DNA of 64,000 bases from a virus (taxonomy: Duplodnaviria > Caudoviricetes): positions 1-64,000 of the IMG/VR virus record IMGVR_UViG_3300020431_000005. One strand, given 5' to 3'. Below, piece after piece: positions 41,501 to 47,885 of this stretch. Under the pieces are notes generated by a model. The model was not told the origin of the DNA and did no database searches. It saw only the letters and a program-made list of their open reading frames with translations. Position 1 is the first letter of the stretch. Every line of letters begins with the position of its first letter. The translations under genes and the position numbers were made by a program.

Positions 41501-42866
41501 AAGGAAAGACGGTAATGCTACTTCTCCGGGTGTTTACTTTAATAGTTCTCAGTTAACTGCAAATTATAATAGTGCAATTGTATCCACTGGTGGTACTTCT
41601 ACTGATGGTTCAGGAACCCTGAATGCTATAGTAGTAAATGCAGATGGATTTAATATTAATGGTAATGTTATCTGGAACGAAGGCAACATTCAATTTAATT
41701 CATCGAACGTTGTAAGTACTGCTGTTGAACGTGATGCTTCTGGCAACTTTGCTGCTAGCACAATTACAGCATCATTAATAGGTGCTTCTTCACTAAACGT
41801 CCTTAAGACGGGTGATACTATGACAGGACCACTACAACTGTCTGGTGTTAATTCCACTTTAACTATTGCAGGAGCTGCAACTTTCAGTAGTACTGTAGGA
41901 ATCACAGATGATTTAACAGTTGACGGTGGCGTTTTGTTTGTAGATGCTTCTTCCAATGAAGTTGGTATTAACACCACAGATCCACAGCAAGCACTACATG
42001 TATATGGAAACATTAGATTGGATGCGGTAAACCCAGAAATTCAGTTTAATGGGACTAGCGATACCGGTATTGATATAGCAATCAAGGCAACACCAGAAGG
42101 TTTAGATTTTTATGAACCAGAAGATAGTAATAAAATTCAGTTCAGAATTTATGATGATACTGGTGTGGATTCTCCATTCGGTTATCATATTAACGGAACC
42201 AGAATTTTCAATCAAGCAAGAGATTTAACTAACGTTAACTCTACTACTATACAAAATACAGGTGCTGGTCAACTCAATTTCTATAATAATAGTGGTACAA
42301 GATACTGGAGAGCTGGTTCAAATAATAATACAACCAACTTCTTTACGATCGAAGCATCAGATGCAAATGGAGGAACGTCATTTAGTGGAGCACCTGCTCT
42401 TGCTATAAGTGGAGTTAATAATGCTGTAACAATTAACACCACTACAACTTCTGGTACTGACCCGTCAGATGGTACTACGGTAAGAAATTACAAATTTAAT
42501 GTTCAAGGTGATATGAACCTTAACGGTCAGTTCTTCCAAAATAATGCAGAATTTGTAACCTCTAGATGGACTGAAGCAACTAATGGTAATGACATTTACA
42601 GATTGTCTAGTGTTGGTATTAATAAAGCAGATCCACAATATACATTAGATCTGGATGGAGATTTTAATATCACTGGTATTCAGTATATTAATGGCAATGC
42701 ACAATGGTTGGATTCCAATGGAATCATCAAAATTGTTCAAAATGCTGATATCGCAGAAAACATTACAATTGGTAATTCCTCTGATTGTTTTTCCAATGGT
42801 CCTATTGTAATTGCTACCGGATATGCGGTAACTATTGGAAGTGGATCTAGTTGGGCAATTATCTAA
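32580..42866 (+). CDS. giant tail fibre / spike protein (3428 aa)
   Basis: KIATTEYV, GSGLDADKLD repeats, VGINTTDP repeats, split beta-helix (YVS..GSDLNDG...TIKKA), C-terminal GPIVI...VTIGSGSSWAII cap. Confidence 0.8.
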   Translation: MSFNINSDKEFIRGSKPQLIGDNELTIRTGSGSLEKEIIRTQLDANTGLPRVGINRTGQRVNEVKLISGGSAYTSIPSVTLDPPGTAGGIQALASAFIFNGEVINVAVNNPGSGYTSAPAVTITGGGGSGASGESFLDTVDFELDINGAIRTSTSIISDTARVLNLDVDNFVTPDLVLRGPNFKNYMNGTGILWDSNVIVQENAYRWFGSNVYQALNTGTTASTAPVHTDGIVTNGTVQFKHIGIRSEDQNAFAYGETGEAGIFPRSITPLLGDRSDKIATTEYVLNLATNDVGGRIYVSEQIGSDLNDGRSAVNPVRTIKKAAQEAWKTVGVKETIIVSGGEYLEDNPISLPPDASVVGDNLRLVIVRPKNPGKHIFKFGDKNYVTGVTYRDKVDANGDSVSTWDFAMVFDDKQRVILDYEVNGDFGVEFPVGHQIFGPDQFRIGFQENTGLSALQTGLEIVGINTGARAKIFDLTFTGTGVLENKGTIDITLTSGSIQEGETFKYITSASTNAAINAFSISAVSGFNTFRTTTDPTGEISGGDYIFLDDLDDSTFTSGYYEVASITPDDENTPTYWDVTVVPILNSPAWNANTSESILIYEASVVEYQFDGVSLESIRAEGEVVSVDEDVTNTLPIQRLDFSLQGDPSITTGGFQDEQFGNAEDLGGVVFYTNELVGRENFHEFKEGQEILIEGLPTVGPDLSFLNGKQRIYKVLEDADGRCRRFVIPKKASSINDANFDPGQNATVSTYSRSVTLSLLNSPNTFALTTPVERRFQDACVFIRNNRDFIADEVVGRINDEFKKDHYSVYDIGGQSTAQFTPTDVTYDTATGDAVFTVNNHGLSLGDGIRIADQSIVFTCTMDNNQTEHALPDTDQYASGRSLPITASTTNTFTVNVGASGPDQQFTPSGANYDPSTGDLVLTVGPHTLSAGEGIIIDDNSLSFTCDMDGNQSVKTYPRPGIDPFAGRSMPITSVAENTITINAGISGPNKYFTPTGANYNPSTGDMTVTVGQHGLGVGRSVVLVDSSLTFTCALDNNATQHSYPRPGTDPYAGQKSIEITAVGSTQHTATDAPYDAATGVVTLTVAGHGFTNGDYVKIDDGSLTYTCDLDGNTVQKAYPRAGYDYPSGRWLEISNVTTNTFDINVGSSSYTGTHTFVSAAANGIDRQDGTFTINVGISSDTSVHTFISATTNAIKHEPQSIHSFSGSTSNAVKHLPQSGHTFVRSATNSISVGGSSFSIYLGTLDHVNTWISGGTVTATSNGAVANVTNFVYDTANTGVAVVTTDTPLTLANDDIVRLADLLIECEAGQKIYPAYSSPTSTNSGTNGDVQCRQDVVHFCNALVRDLEFGTNHNIIESSQKYIVDGKIAYIEDEITQNVRAIEYARELAVYAMRNWRTKNGTPNDPIYTPRYSSITRYFDDTVITSTATDGGTIACEDVRSAIDTLSYLWVDVITNGQNGTYKDAAYLITRNADVIASETYYQTKVAYPGLNHNNIDERKCLRDTKSVLNALVKDLTLGGNFGILEAGEIYFTGTALTGVAIGELPAVRYAYTVAKDLAQKAMRNWSTSGNIIAAQPTNATYNSTSGELVLTVITSNLPSGFSSAANCRVGFQLGALTFNCAHNSGGDDASPQILDTNPGQSYPVLGYSEGGGISTITLNVGAAGTNTDAHTFVSALSGGTIFVNDYAVLNTTIPRFEDYTTGTDFPNTPICAGVKSAIDTSFQLLDDILSYAVDPVNGIEPGTTTPTYGTLFTISDIITYPNNYVYDLNNTRMAIRGTYDDYPIIEASPYTQNASVISFLGGGGAEVDGNKVKQPNCPFPGLNQDGTAQFPNQGKSMVAAAFTIVSFGGTGYRVINDGYVQLVSVFVIFCADGVLAESGGYASITNSATNFGVHALRGIGFREEAYSFDVATITNVSSTPTGRAILTVDGLGREPLEHYIVKIDGYQNTNEDIEYFVDVVAKVGAGPPFSAELTIDDGQGQAMNLTDSATGVPVATSVLDGKTIRLHRPSIVNSSSHTWEYAGSGTNYLALPENGGTKNEAEEQVSENYGRVYVSGTDELGDFKVGTFARIENRTGNITFTGTVTISEVEFLKLKGGDVVVTGFSADNTLGGATTSNSVLPTQKAVRDYITNNLGPFINKPYSTNAVPRALVELTDSGKISVDQIPALRPFEVFTVVNEAERLQLEGALAGDIAIQQNSDVVNGSPQSFILNNDLDSQFLAFNPDPTIQFTLNDIFQGSNTTGRVQATEYRTGVVFTINLVQGGSGYTVPPTVTIAGTVGQGGIEAKAETTIANGEVVTISLIFFNGVKGGKGYTSAPTVTISAPPGLGTQATANALIESRLYGNIVNRIAIIDTDQIESSDVPAVTVNLTRVVNTSSSDITNWVGLSSNQIAASDITSGTIETDRLANSGAANSFTFLRGDSSFALAVQSLKGAETRYFAKLYSNVSSGQNSMIFTTNSEFLIGHSVLSSINGIQANTNITGVITAAGLTTISINNPVSQTITAGTIIEFQRGNSPMIFESTYTQGNFVDRIIIANGGTGFTNGQYSDIALSGGAGTDLKASITVSGNTITKALVTSGGINYTSDFTITLNPTEIGAGSGMVLEAKVSTVNRQYANVALDVQRVTDLTITADEYGTIGVSRFRKAQFNLGTKGNGSVELKTGAGSGLDADKLDDKQGSYYTNATNLFTGTVPTDRLAGSYNINVSGSSGNTLRLATGTNNPTSNPTPNNFVEGLAANTINNSSDGLNDGGAQHLVLTIRNKGQGLTAEGGVRQMAFTDNDNIWLRGSGDEVTTFGTWAKMWTSLNDGPGSGLDADRLSNKQAEWYQNALNINYGVISDNRIPTFLSATKFRDNLRIQSFNGDPKFKIYVAGQILNATPFTPGGNVNIYNALSQAIGAISIDNIVINDDASDTFNDYTILIGRLTAGNFIGGETIGTASNRVPYQDFTLDDNNVVEVATLESDGGTANLRLGRKDGNATSPGVYFNSSQLTANYNSAIVSTGGTSTDGSGTLNAIVVNADGFNINGNVIWNEGNIQFNSSNVVSTAVERDASGNFAASTITASLIGASSLNVLKTGDTMTGPLQLSGVNSTLTIAGAATFSSTVGITDDLTVDGGVLFVDASSNEVGINTTDPQQALHVYGNIRLDAVNPEIQFNGTSDTGIDIAIKATPEGLDFYEPEDSNKIQFRIYDDTGVDSPFGYHINGTRIFNQARDLTNVNSTTIQNTGAGQLNFYNNSGTRYWRAGSNNNTTNFFTIEASDANGGTSFSGAPALAISGVNNAVTINTTTTSGTDPSDGTTVRNYKFNVQGDMNLNGQFFQNNAEFVTSRWTEATNGNDIYRLSSVGINKADPQYTLDLDGDFNITGIQYINGNAQWLDSNGIIKIVQNADIAENITIGNSSDCFSNGPIVIATGYAVTIGSGSSWAII
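35037..36285 (+). repeat. four tandem ~88-aa beta-domain repeats inside the fibre gene
   Basis: repeated FTPT.A.Y...TG....TV..H.L..G......S..FTC..D.N.....YPR units plus four trailing HTF closing segments. Confidence 0.85.
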
Positions 42867-42867
42867 T

Positions 42868-42874
42868 CTAAATA
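42868..42874 (+). promoter_or_regulatory. late promoter for adhesin-like copy 1
   Basis: CTAAATA. Confidence 0.6.
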
Positions 42875-42890
42875 AAAGAAAGTTTAAAAA

Positions 42891-43898
42891 ATGTCAACTG
42901 TTAATACTGATAGGGCCAATATTGGAATTGGTATTAAAATTCCGTCATTAACTCAGTCTCAAATCAATAGTCGTTCTACGAGCGGTGGTGATATTGTATA
43001 CAATAGCACCGAAGAGACAATGCAGATCTACAATTCTGTAGAAGGGCAATGGGAAATTATTGGAGAGGGAGCATCTTTGTATGATTTCTCATCAGCAACT
43101 TTTACTACTCCAATAGAAGGATCTTCAGGTCCTTCTTTGGCGCAAATTAGATCCGGAATTTCTGGTAATGATGCATGGAAAAATGACACAAATTTTCTAA
43201 ATGTATCATCTGGTATTATTACATGGGCAGTTCCTGCTGATGGAAATTACCAGATTACCGTAAAAGGTGGGCAAGGTGGTAGAAGTAATTGTTATGGACC
43301 TGCTGGTGGATTAGGTGCTACCTTAGCAGGAACATTTTCATTGACTGCAGGTGATACCCTTAAAATGGTTATTGGACAAAGAGGAACTAACAACTGTTAT
43401 GACTGTGGCGGCGGTGGCGGTACTTATGTATGCGATAGCAGCAACAGTCCATTAATTATTGCAGCAGGTGGCGGTGCTGGATCTGCTTCTGGATATCCTT
43501 ATGGTGGTAATGGTTATCATGGAAGGCACGACCAAACCAACGGATCTTTAGGTTACAGCAGCAGACCTGGTGGAACTAATGGATCTGGTGGCAGTGGATA
43601 TAGTGCATCTGGAGGTGGCGGAGGTTTAACTGGAGACGGTAGCGGATCTTGGTATGGCAGAGCTTTTACCAATGGAGCTGGAGGTGGTCCTGGACAAGCT
43701 CAAGGTGGTTTTGGCGGTGGCGGCGGCGGTGGAGGCACCAATGGCGCTGGCGGTGGTGGTGGATACTCTGGTGGTGGCGCAACTCAATGGAGTTTCTGGG
43801 GTGCTGGTGGAGGATCATATAATAATGGTTCTAGTCAATCAGGATCAACAGGAAATAATTCAAATGCTGGATCAATAAGTATACAATTTCAAGGATAG
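42891..43898 (+). CDS. glycine-rich adhesin-like fibre tip protein, copy 1
   Basis: fibre-type N-terminal module (IP...GDIVYNST....IY...W) plus polyglycine domain (GGQGG, IAAGGGAG, GGFGGGGGG, GAGGGGGYSGG). Confidence 0.65.
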   Translation: MSTVNTDRANIGIGIKIPSLTQSQINSRSTSGGDIVYNSTEETMQIYNSVEGQWEIIGEGASLYDFSSATFTTPIEGSSGPSLAQIRSGISGNDAWKNDTNFLNVSSGIITWAVPADGNYQITVKGGQGGRSNCYGPAGGLGATLAGTFSLTAGDTLKMVIGQRGTNNCYDCGGGGGTYVCDSSNSPLIIAAGGGAGSASGYPYGGNGYHGRHDQTNGSLGYSSRPGGTNGSGGSGYSASGGGGGLTGDGSGSWYGRAFTNGAGGGPGQAQGGFGGGGGGGGTNGAGGGGGYSGGGATQWSFWGAGGGSYNNGSSQSGSTGNNSNAGSISIQFQG

Positions 43899-43903
43899 AT
43901 AAA
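43086..43903 (+). repeat. long imperfect direct repeat, copy A (partner 45990-46807)
   Basis: colinear with a constant offset of 2904 nt and no indels, continuing past the stop codon (CAAGGATAGATAAA). Confidence 0.9.
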
Positions 43904-43905
43904 AA

Positions 43906-44397
43906 ATGAAATATATTAAATTGGTAAACAACATTCCTATTAATTATACAATAGAACAATTTATCGAAGAATATCCAGAAGTTAAAATTTACACAAAGGT
44001 AAAAGGAATTCCAGATAAAAATGTTTTAAAACAGTATGATGTATTCCCTGTGATTACTACCGCGTCTCCGGAAATAACGGCAGATACAGAAGTAGTGGAA
44101 ATAGATCCTCAACAAAATTGGAATGGTGAGTGGATTCAGCAATGGGAAGTAAAGGAGATTCACAAATCAATTGATGATATGGAAGTTGAGGAAGAGAAGG
44201 GATTTAAATTTCCTAATCTTGGTCCTGATGCATTTGCTACTAATGAACAAAGACTAGAAAGAATGAATATTTGTCAAGACTGTGATAGATATAGAAAATC
44301 TACTAGACAATGTAAAGAGTGTGGATGTTTTATGGTTCTCAAAGCGCAACTAAAAGTATCCGCATGTCCCCTAGACAAGTGGGGAAAATTAGTCTAA
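43906..44397 (+). CDS. putative fibre assembly factor with C-terminal Cys-rich domain
   Basis: N-terminal part paralogous to 45478-45744; C-terminal R..IC..C....C..CGCF......CPL.KW. Confidence 0.55.
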   Translation: MKYIKLVNNIPINYTIEQFIEEYPEVKIYTKVKGIPDKNVLKQYDVFPVITTASPEITADTEVVEIDPQQNWNGEWIQQWEVKEIHKSIDDMEVEEEKGFKFPNLGPDAFATNEQRLERMNICQDCDRYRKSTRQCKECGCFMVLKAQLKVSACPLDKWGKLV

Positions 44398-44400
44398 ATA
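44394..44400 (+). promoter_or_regulatory. late promoter for adhesin-like copy 2
   Basis: CTAAATA. Confidence 0.6.
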
Positions 44401-44421
44401 AGATATAGAGTACTTTTAAAA

Positions 44422-45465
44422 ATGGCAGAAACTTCAAAACTTACGGTTGACACAGCTAACGTCTCACAAAATTTAGTTTTTGCAAGATTATCTGCAGCCG
44501 CGAGAGATGCACATTTTGCAGCCAATCCTCCGGAGATTGGCATGCTCATTTTTAATGATGATGACAAAGTTTTAGAATTTTGGAATGGTAGTGAATGGAA
44601 ACTCGCTCTTGGAAATCGAACGGGTGGAGGAGGAGCACAAAGATATGAGTTCAACAGTTTTGAATATGATGCCACTGAGACGAGTGCTACTGGTCCATCG
44701 TTAGCGACTGTTGTAGGCAGGATTTCTGGTAATGATGCATGGAAAAATAACACAGAATATTTAAATGTTAGCGGTGGAGTCTGGTCATGGACCCCACCAG
44801 GAACCGGAAACTACAAAATTGAATGTTGGGGTGCCCAAGGTGGTAGAAGTAATTATTATGGACCTGCTGGTGGATTAGGAGTATATGCTACCGGTACTGT
44901 GAATATCCAAGGTGGAACTAAATTAAAAATTGTTGTCGGACAAAAAGGTGGAAGTAATGGATATGATTGTGGCGGCGGTGGCGGTACTTATGTCTGTGAA
45001 GATGACAACACACCTCTAGTTATTGCAGGAGGTGGTGGTGGTGGATCTGCTTCTGGAATGAATGGACCAGGACCACAAAATGGAACCACTAGTGAAACTG
45101 GAGGTAGCACTGCATATGGTCCGGGAGGATCTAATGGCGCTGGTGGCGGCGGTAATAATGGAGCTGCTGGTGGTGGCGGAGGAACAACCGGAAACGGTAA
45201 TGGAAGTTGGGGAGGGCAAGGTTTGAGTGCCGGATCTCAAGGTGGTTCTGGTACTAGTGGTGGTTCTGGTGGTTTTGGCGGTGGCGGTGGCGGCGGTCAA
45301 ACAAATGGCGCTGGTGGCGGCGGTGGTTATGGCGGTGGAGCTATGTCTAGATGGAGTTATTATGCTGCTGGTGGAGGTTCTTATGTAACCAGTGATGCTC
45401 AGAGCGTAGTGAAGACTGCAGGGCAAAAATCAAATGCCGGTAAAATTAAAATTACTAAAGTGTAA
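44422..45465 (+). CDS. glycine-rich adhesin-like fibre tip protein, copy 2
   Basis: same architecture as copy 1 but more divergent. Confidence 0.65.
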   Translation: MAETSKLTVDTANVSQNLVFARLSAAARDAHFAANPPEIGMLIFNDDDKVLEFWNGSEWKLALGNRTGGGGAQRYEFNSFEYDATETSATGPSLATVVGRISGNDAWKNNTEYLNVSGGVWSWTPPGTGNYKIECWGAQGGRSNYYGPAGGLGVYATGTVNIQGGTKLKIVVGQKGGSNGYDCGGGGGTYVCEDDNTPLVIAGGGGGGSASGMNGPGPQNGTTSETGGSTAYGPGGSNGAGGGGNNGAAGGGGGTTGNGNGSWGGQGLSAGSQGGSGTSGGSGGFGGGGGGGQTNGAGGGGGYGGGAMSRWSYYAAGGGSYVTSDAQSVVKTAGQKSNAGKIKITKV

Positions 45466-45477
45466 GGATGAGATGAA

Positions 45478-45744
45478 ATGACAAGATTAATTAAATTAGA
45501 AAATAAGCACAATCCTATTGAATATTCAATAGAACAATTTATTGAAGATCATCCGGATGTGGATCCATGTGATGCAGAGTTTCAAGAACTTTCTCCTGAA
45601 ATTTTATTAAAGTATGATATTCACATTCTCCACGAAGTAGTAAAACCGTCAATTAATGGAAATTTTGTAGAAGGTCCTCCTGTGTTTCTTGCAGAGAAAT
45701 GGATTCAAAACTGGATTAAACAAGTGCCATCACCGTGGGAATAA
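45478..45744 (+). CDS. putative fibre assembly factor
   Basis: IKL.N...I.Y.IEQFIE..P.V ... L.KYD ... WIQ.W, paralog of the 43906 N-terminus. Confidence 0.55.
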   Translation: MTRLIKLENKHNPIEYSIEQFIEDHPDVDPCDAEFQELSPEILLKYDIHILHEVVKPSINGNFVEGPPVFLAEKWIQNWIKQVPSPWE

Positions 45745-45747
45745 ATA
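45741..45747 (+). promoter_or_regulatory. late promoter for adhesin-like copy 3
   Basis: ATAAATA. Confidence 0.55.
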
Positions 45748-45770
45748 ATAGTAATAGGTCTATAATATAA

Positions 45771-46802
45771 ATGTCTACCTTAAACGTAAATCACCTTTTT
45801 ATCAATACTGATCTCAATATTCCACAATACAGTGAGGCAGCTAGAGATGCTTTGCCAAAAATTATTGGTGCCGTGATTTATAATACAACTTCAGGTCAAT
45901 TTGAAGTTTGGACGGGAGATCCAGATAGTGAAGTAGACTCAGAATATGGAGTCGGGTGGATTTCTTCTCCTGGTCCGACACTATATGAATTCTCATCAGC
46001 AACTTTTACTACTCCAATAGAAGGATATCAAGGTCCTTCTTTGGCGCAAATTAGATCTGGAATTTCTGGCAACACGGCATGGAAAAGTGATACAAATTTT
46101 CTAAATGTATCAGCTGGTGTTATTTCATGGGCAGTTCCTATTGACGGAAATTACCAGATTACCGTAAAAGGTGGTCAAGGTGGTAGAAGTAATTGTTATG
46201 GACCTGCTGGTGGATTAGGTGCTAGATTAACAGGAACATTTGCTTTATCCCAAGGCGATACCCTTAAAATGGTCATTGGACAAAGAGGAACCAATAACTG
46301 CTATGACTGCGGAGGAGGCGGTGGAACATATGTATGCACATCTAATAATTCTCCTTTAATTATTGCAGCAGGTGGCGGTGCTGGATCTGCTTCTGGATAT
46401 CCTTATGGTGGCAATGGTTATCATGGAAGGCATGATATTACCAACGGATCTTTAGGTTACAGCGGCAGACCTGGAGGAACCAATGGCTCTGGTGGCACTG
46501 GATATAATGCTGCTGGAGGTGGTGGAGGTTTAACTGGAGACGGTAGCGGATCTTGGTATGGCAGAGCTTTTACCAACGGAGCTCAAGGTGGTCCTGGTTC
46601 TGCTCAAGGTGGTTTTGGCGGCGGTGGCGGCGGTGGAGGCACTAATGGCGCTGGTGGCGGCGGTGGATATTCTGGTGGCGGTGCAACTCAATGGAGTTTC
46701 TGGGGTGCTGGAGGAGGATCATATAATGGTGGTAATTCTCAATCAGGAACAACAGGAGATAATTCAAATGCTGGATCAATAAGTATAACCTATCAAGGAT
46801 AG
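45771..46802 (+). CDS. glycine-rich adhesin-like fibre tip protein, copy 3
   Basis: C-terminal ~270 aa nearly identical to copy 1; different N-terminus. Confidence 0.65.
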   Translation: MSTLNVNHLFINTDLNIPQYSEAARDALPKIIGAVIYNTTSGQFEVWTGDPDSEVDSEYGVGWISSPGPTLYEFSSATFTTPIEGYQGPSLAQIRSGISGNTAWKSDTNFLNVSAGVISWAVPIDGNYQITVKGGQGGRSNCYGPAGGLGARLTGTFALSQGDTLKMVIGQRGTNNCYDCGGGGGTYVCTSNNSPLIIAAGGGAGSASGYPYGGNGYHGRHDITNGSLGYSGRPGGTNGSGGTGYNAAGGGGGLTGDGSGSWYGRAFTNGAQGGPGSAQGGFGGGGGGGGTNGAGGGGGYSGGGATQWSFWGAGGGSYNGGNSQSGTTGDNSNAGSISITYQG

Positions 46803-46807
46803 ATAAA
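45990..46807 (+). repeat. long imperfect direct repeat, copy B (partner 43086-43903)
   Basis: see copy A. Confidence 0.9.
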
Positions 46808-46836
46808 TACTACATACACAATTACATGTGATAACT

Positions 46837-47034
46837 ATGGATCCCACACAACTTAAAACAAATTTTGAAGAGCAGATTGCTTCTACAGAAAAGCAAATTG
46901 CTGAACTAGAAAAAAATCTAGTCAAAGCAAAAGAATATAAAATTAAATTAGAAGGAGGTCTAGAAACTCTAGGTCTTCTAGAAGAGAAACCTGAGGAAGA
47001 AGCAGAAGCAGCACCCACAGAAGTAGTAGAATAA
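46837..47034 (+). CDS. small coiled-coil hypothetical protein
   Basis: MDPTQLKTNFEEQIASTEKQIAELEKNL; ATAAATA late promoter at 46803-46809. Confidence 0.7.
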   Translation: MDPTQLKTNFEEQIASTEKQIAELEKNLVKAKEYKIKLEGGLETLGLLEEKPEEEAEAAPTEVVE

Positions 47035-47041
47035 CTCTCAG

Positions 47042-47076
47042 ATCCCTTCTTCCTAAATAGGTAAGAAGGGATTTTT
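47042..47076 (+). terminator. terminator hairpin with a late promoter in its loop
   Basis: ATCCCTTCTT/AAGAAGGGAT stem plus T-run; loop contains CTAAATA. Confidence 0.75.
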
Positions 47077-47083
47077 GTGTGTA

Positions 47084-47884
47084 ATGGCGTCTCCAAATTC
47101 AAGAGCTGATCTTATCACATATTGTAAGAGGCAACTTGGTGAGCCTGTATTACAAGTCAACATCGATGACGAGCAAGTAAATAATGTTATTGATGACACG
47201 TATCAGTTCTTCCAAGAGAACTGCTACAACGGTATGGAGAGATGTTTTCTGAGGCATAAAATTACTGCTGAAGACATAACTCGTTTCGATAGTAAAGCGA
47301 CAACATCATCAGGAACAACAGACTGGGAAGAATCTACTAACTATATTCCTATCCCAGATCATGTAGTTGGTATCAGTAAAGTTTATGGTCTAGTCAGTAA
47401 CTCAATTAGATCTAATCTTTTTGGTGTTGAGTATCAAATGTTTCTGAATGATCTATATGCATTTGGATCTCTTGATATTGTCAACTACTTTATGAATAAG
47501 CAGTATCTAGAAACTCTAGATATGATTCTGAATAATGGAGCATTCCAACAATTCAGATACACACAACGTCGTGATCGTTTATATCTTGACATCAAAAAAT
47601 CATTCCTCAATGAAGACAGATATCTTGTAATTGAGGCACATAGGATGATTGATCCTACAGATGCTACAGAAATGAATAATGATATGTTTGTCAAGAAATA
47701 TGCTGCTGCTCTCATGAAGAGACAGTGGGGTCAAAACTTGATTAAATATAACAACGTCCAACTACCTGGTGGCATTACGCTCAATGGTAGAGAGTTATAT
47801 ACAGACGCACTAGCAGAAATTGAGAAAATCGAAAGCGAAGTTCTCAGTAAGTATGCATTACCACCCATGGATATGATCGGATAA
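47084..47884 (+). CDS. g13: neck protein gp13
   Basis: YCKRQLGEPVLQVNID and KRQWGQNLIKY..VQLPGGITLNG motifs. Confidence 0.95.
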   Translation: MASPNSRADLITYCKRQLGEPVLQVNIDDEQVNNVIDDTYQFFQENCYNGMERCFLRHKITAEDITRFDSKATTSSGTTDWEESTNYIPIPDHVVGISKVYGLVSNSIRSNLFGVEYQMFLNDLYAFGSLDIVNYFMNKQYLETLDMILNNGAFQQFRYTQRRDRLYLDIKKSFLNEDRYLVIEAHRMIDPTDATEMNNDMFVKKYAAALMKRQWGQNLIKYNNVQLPGGITLNGRELYTDALAEIEKIESEVLSKYALPPMDMIG

Positions 47885-47885
47885 A

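Noticed and set aside
42891-46802. Invertible shufflon or collagen-like repeats
   Set aside because: Repeats are direct with no recombinase nearby; glycines are in runs, not Gly-X-Y triplets
43086-46807. Diversity-generating retroelement (TR/VR pair)
   Set aside because: No reverse transcriptase in the window; differences are not adenine-specific; both copies are full coding genes
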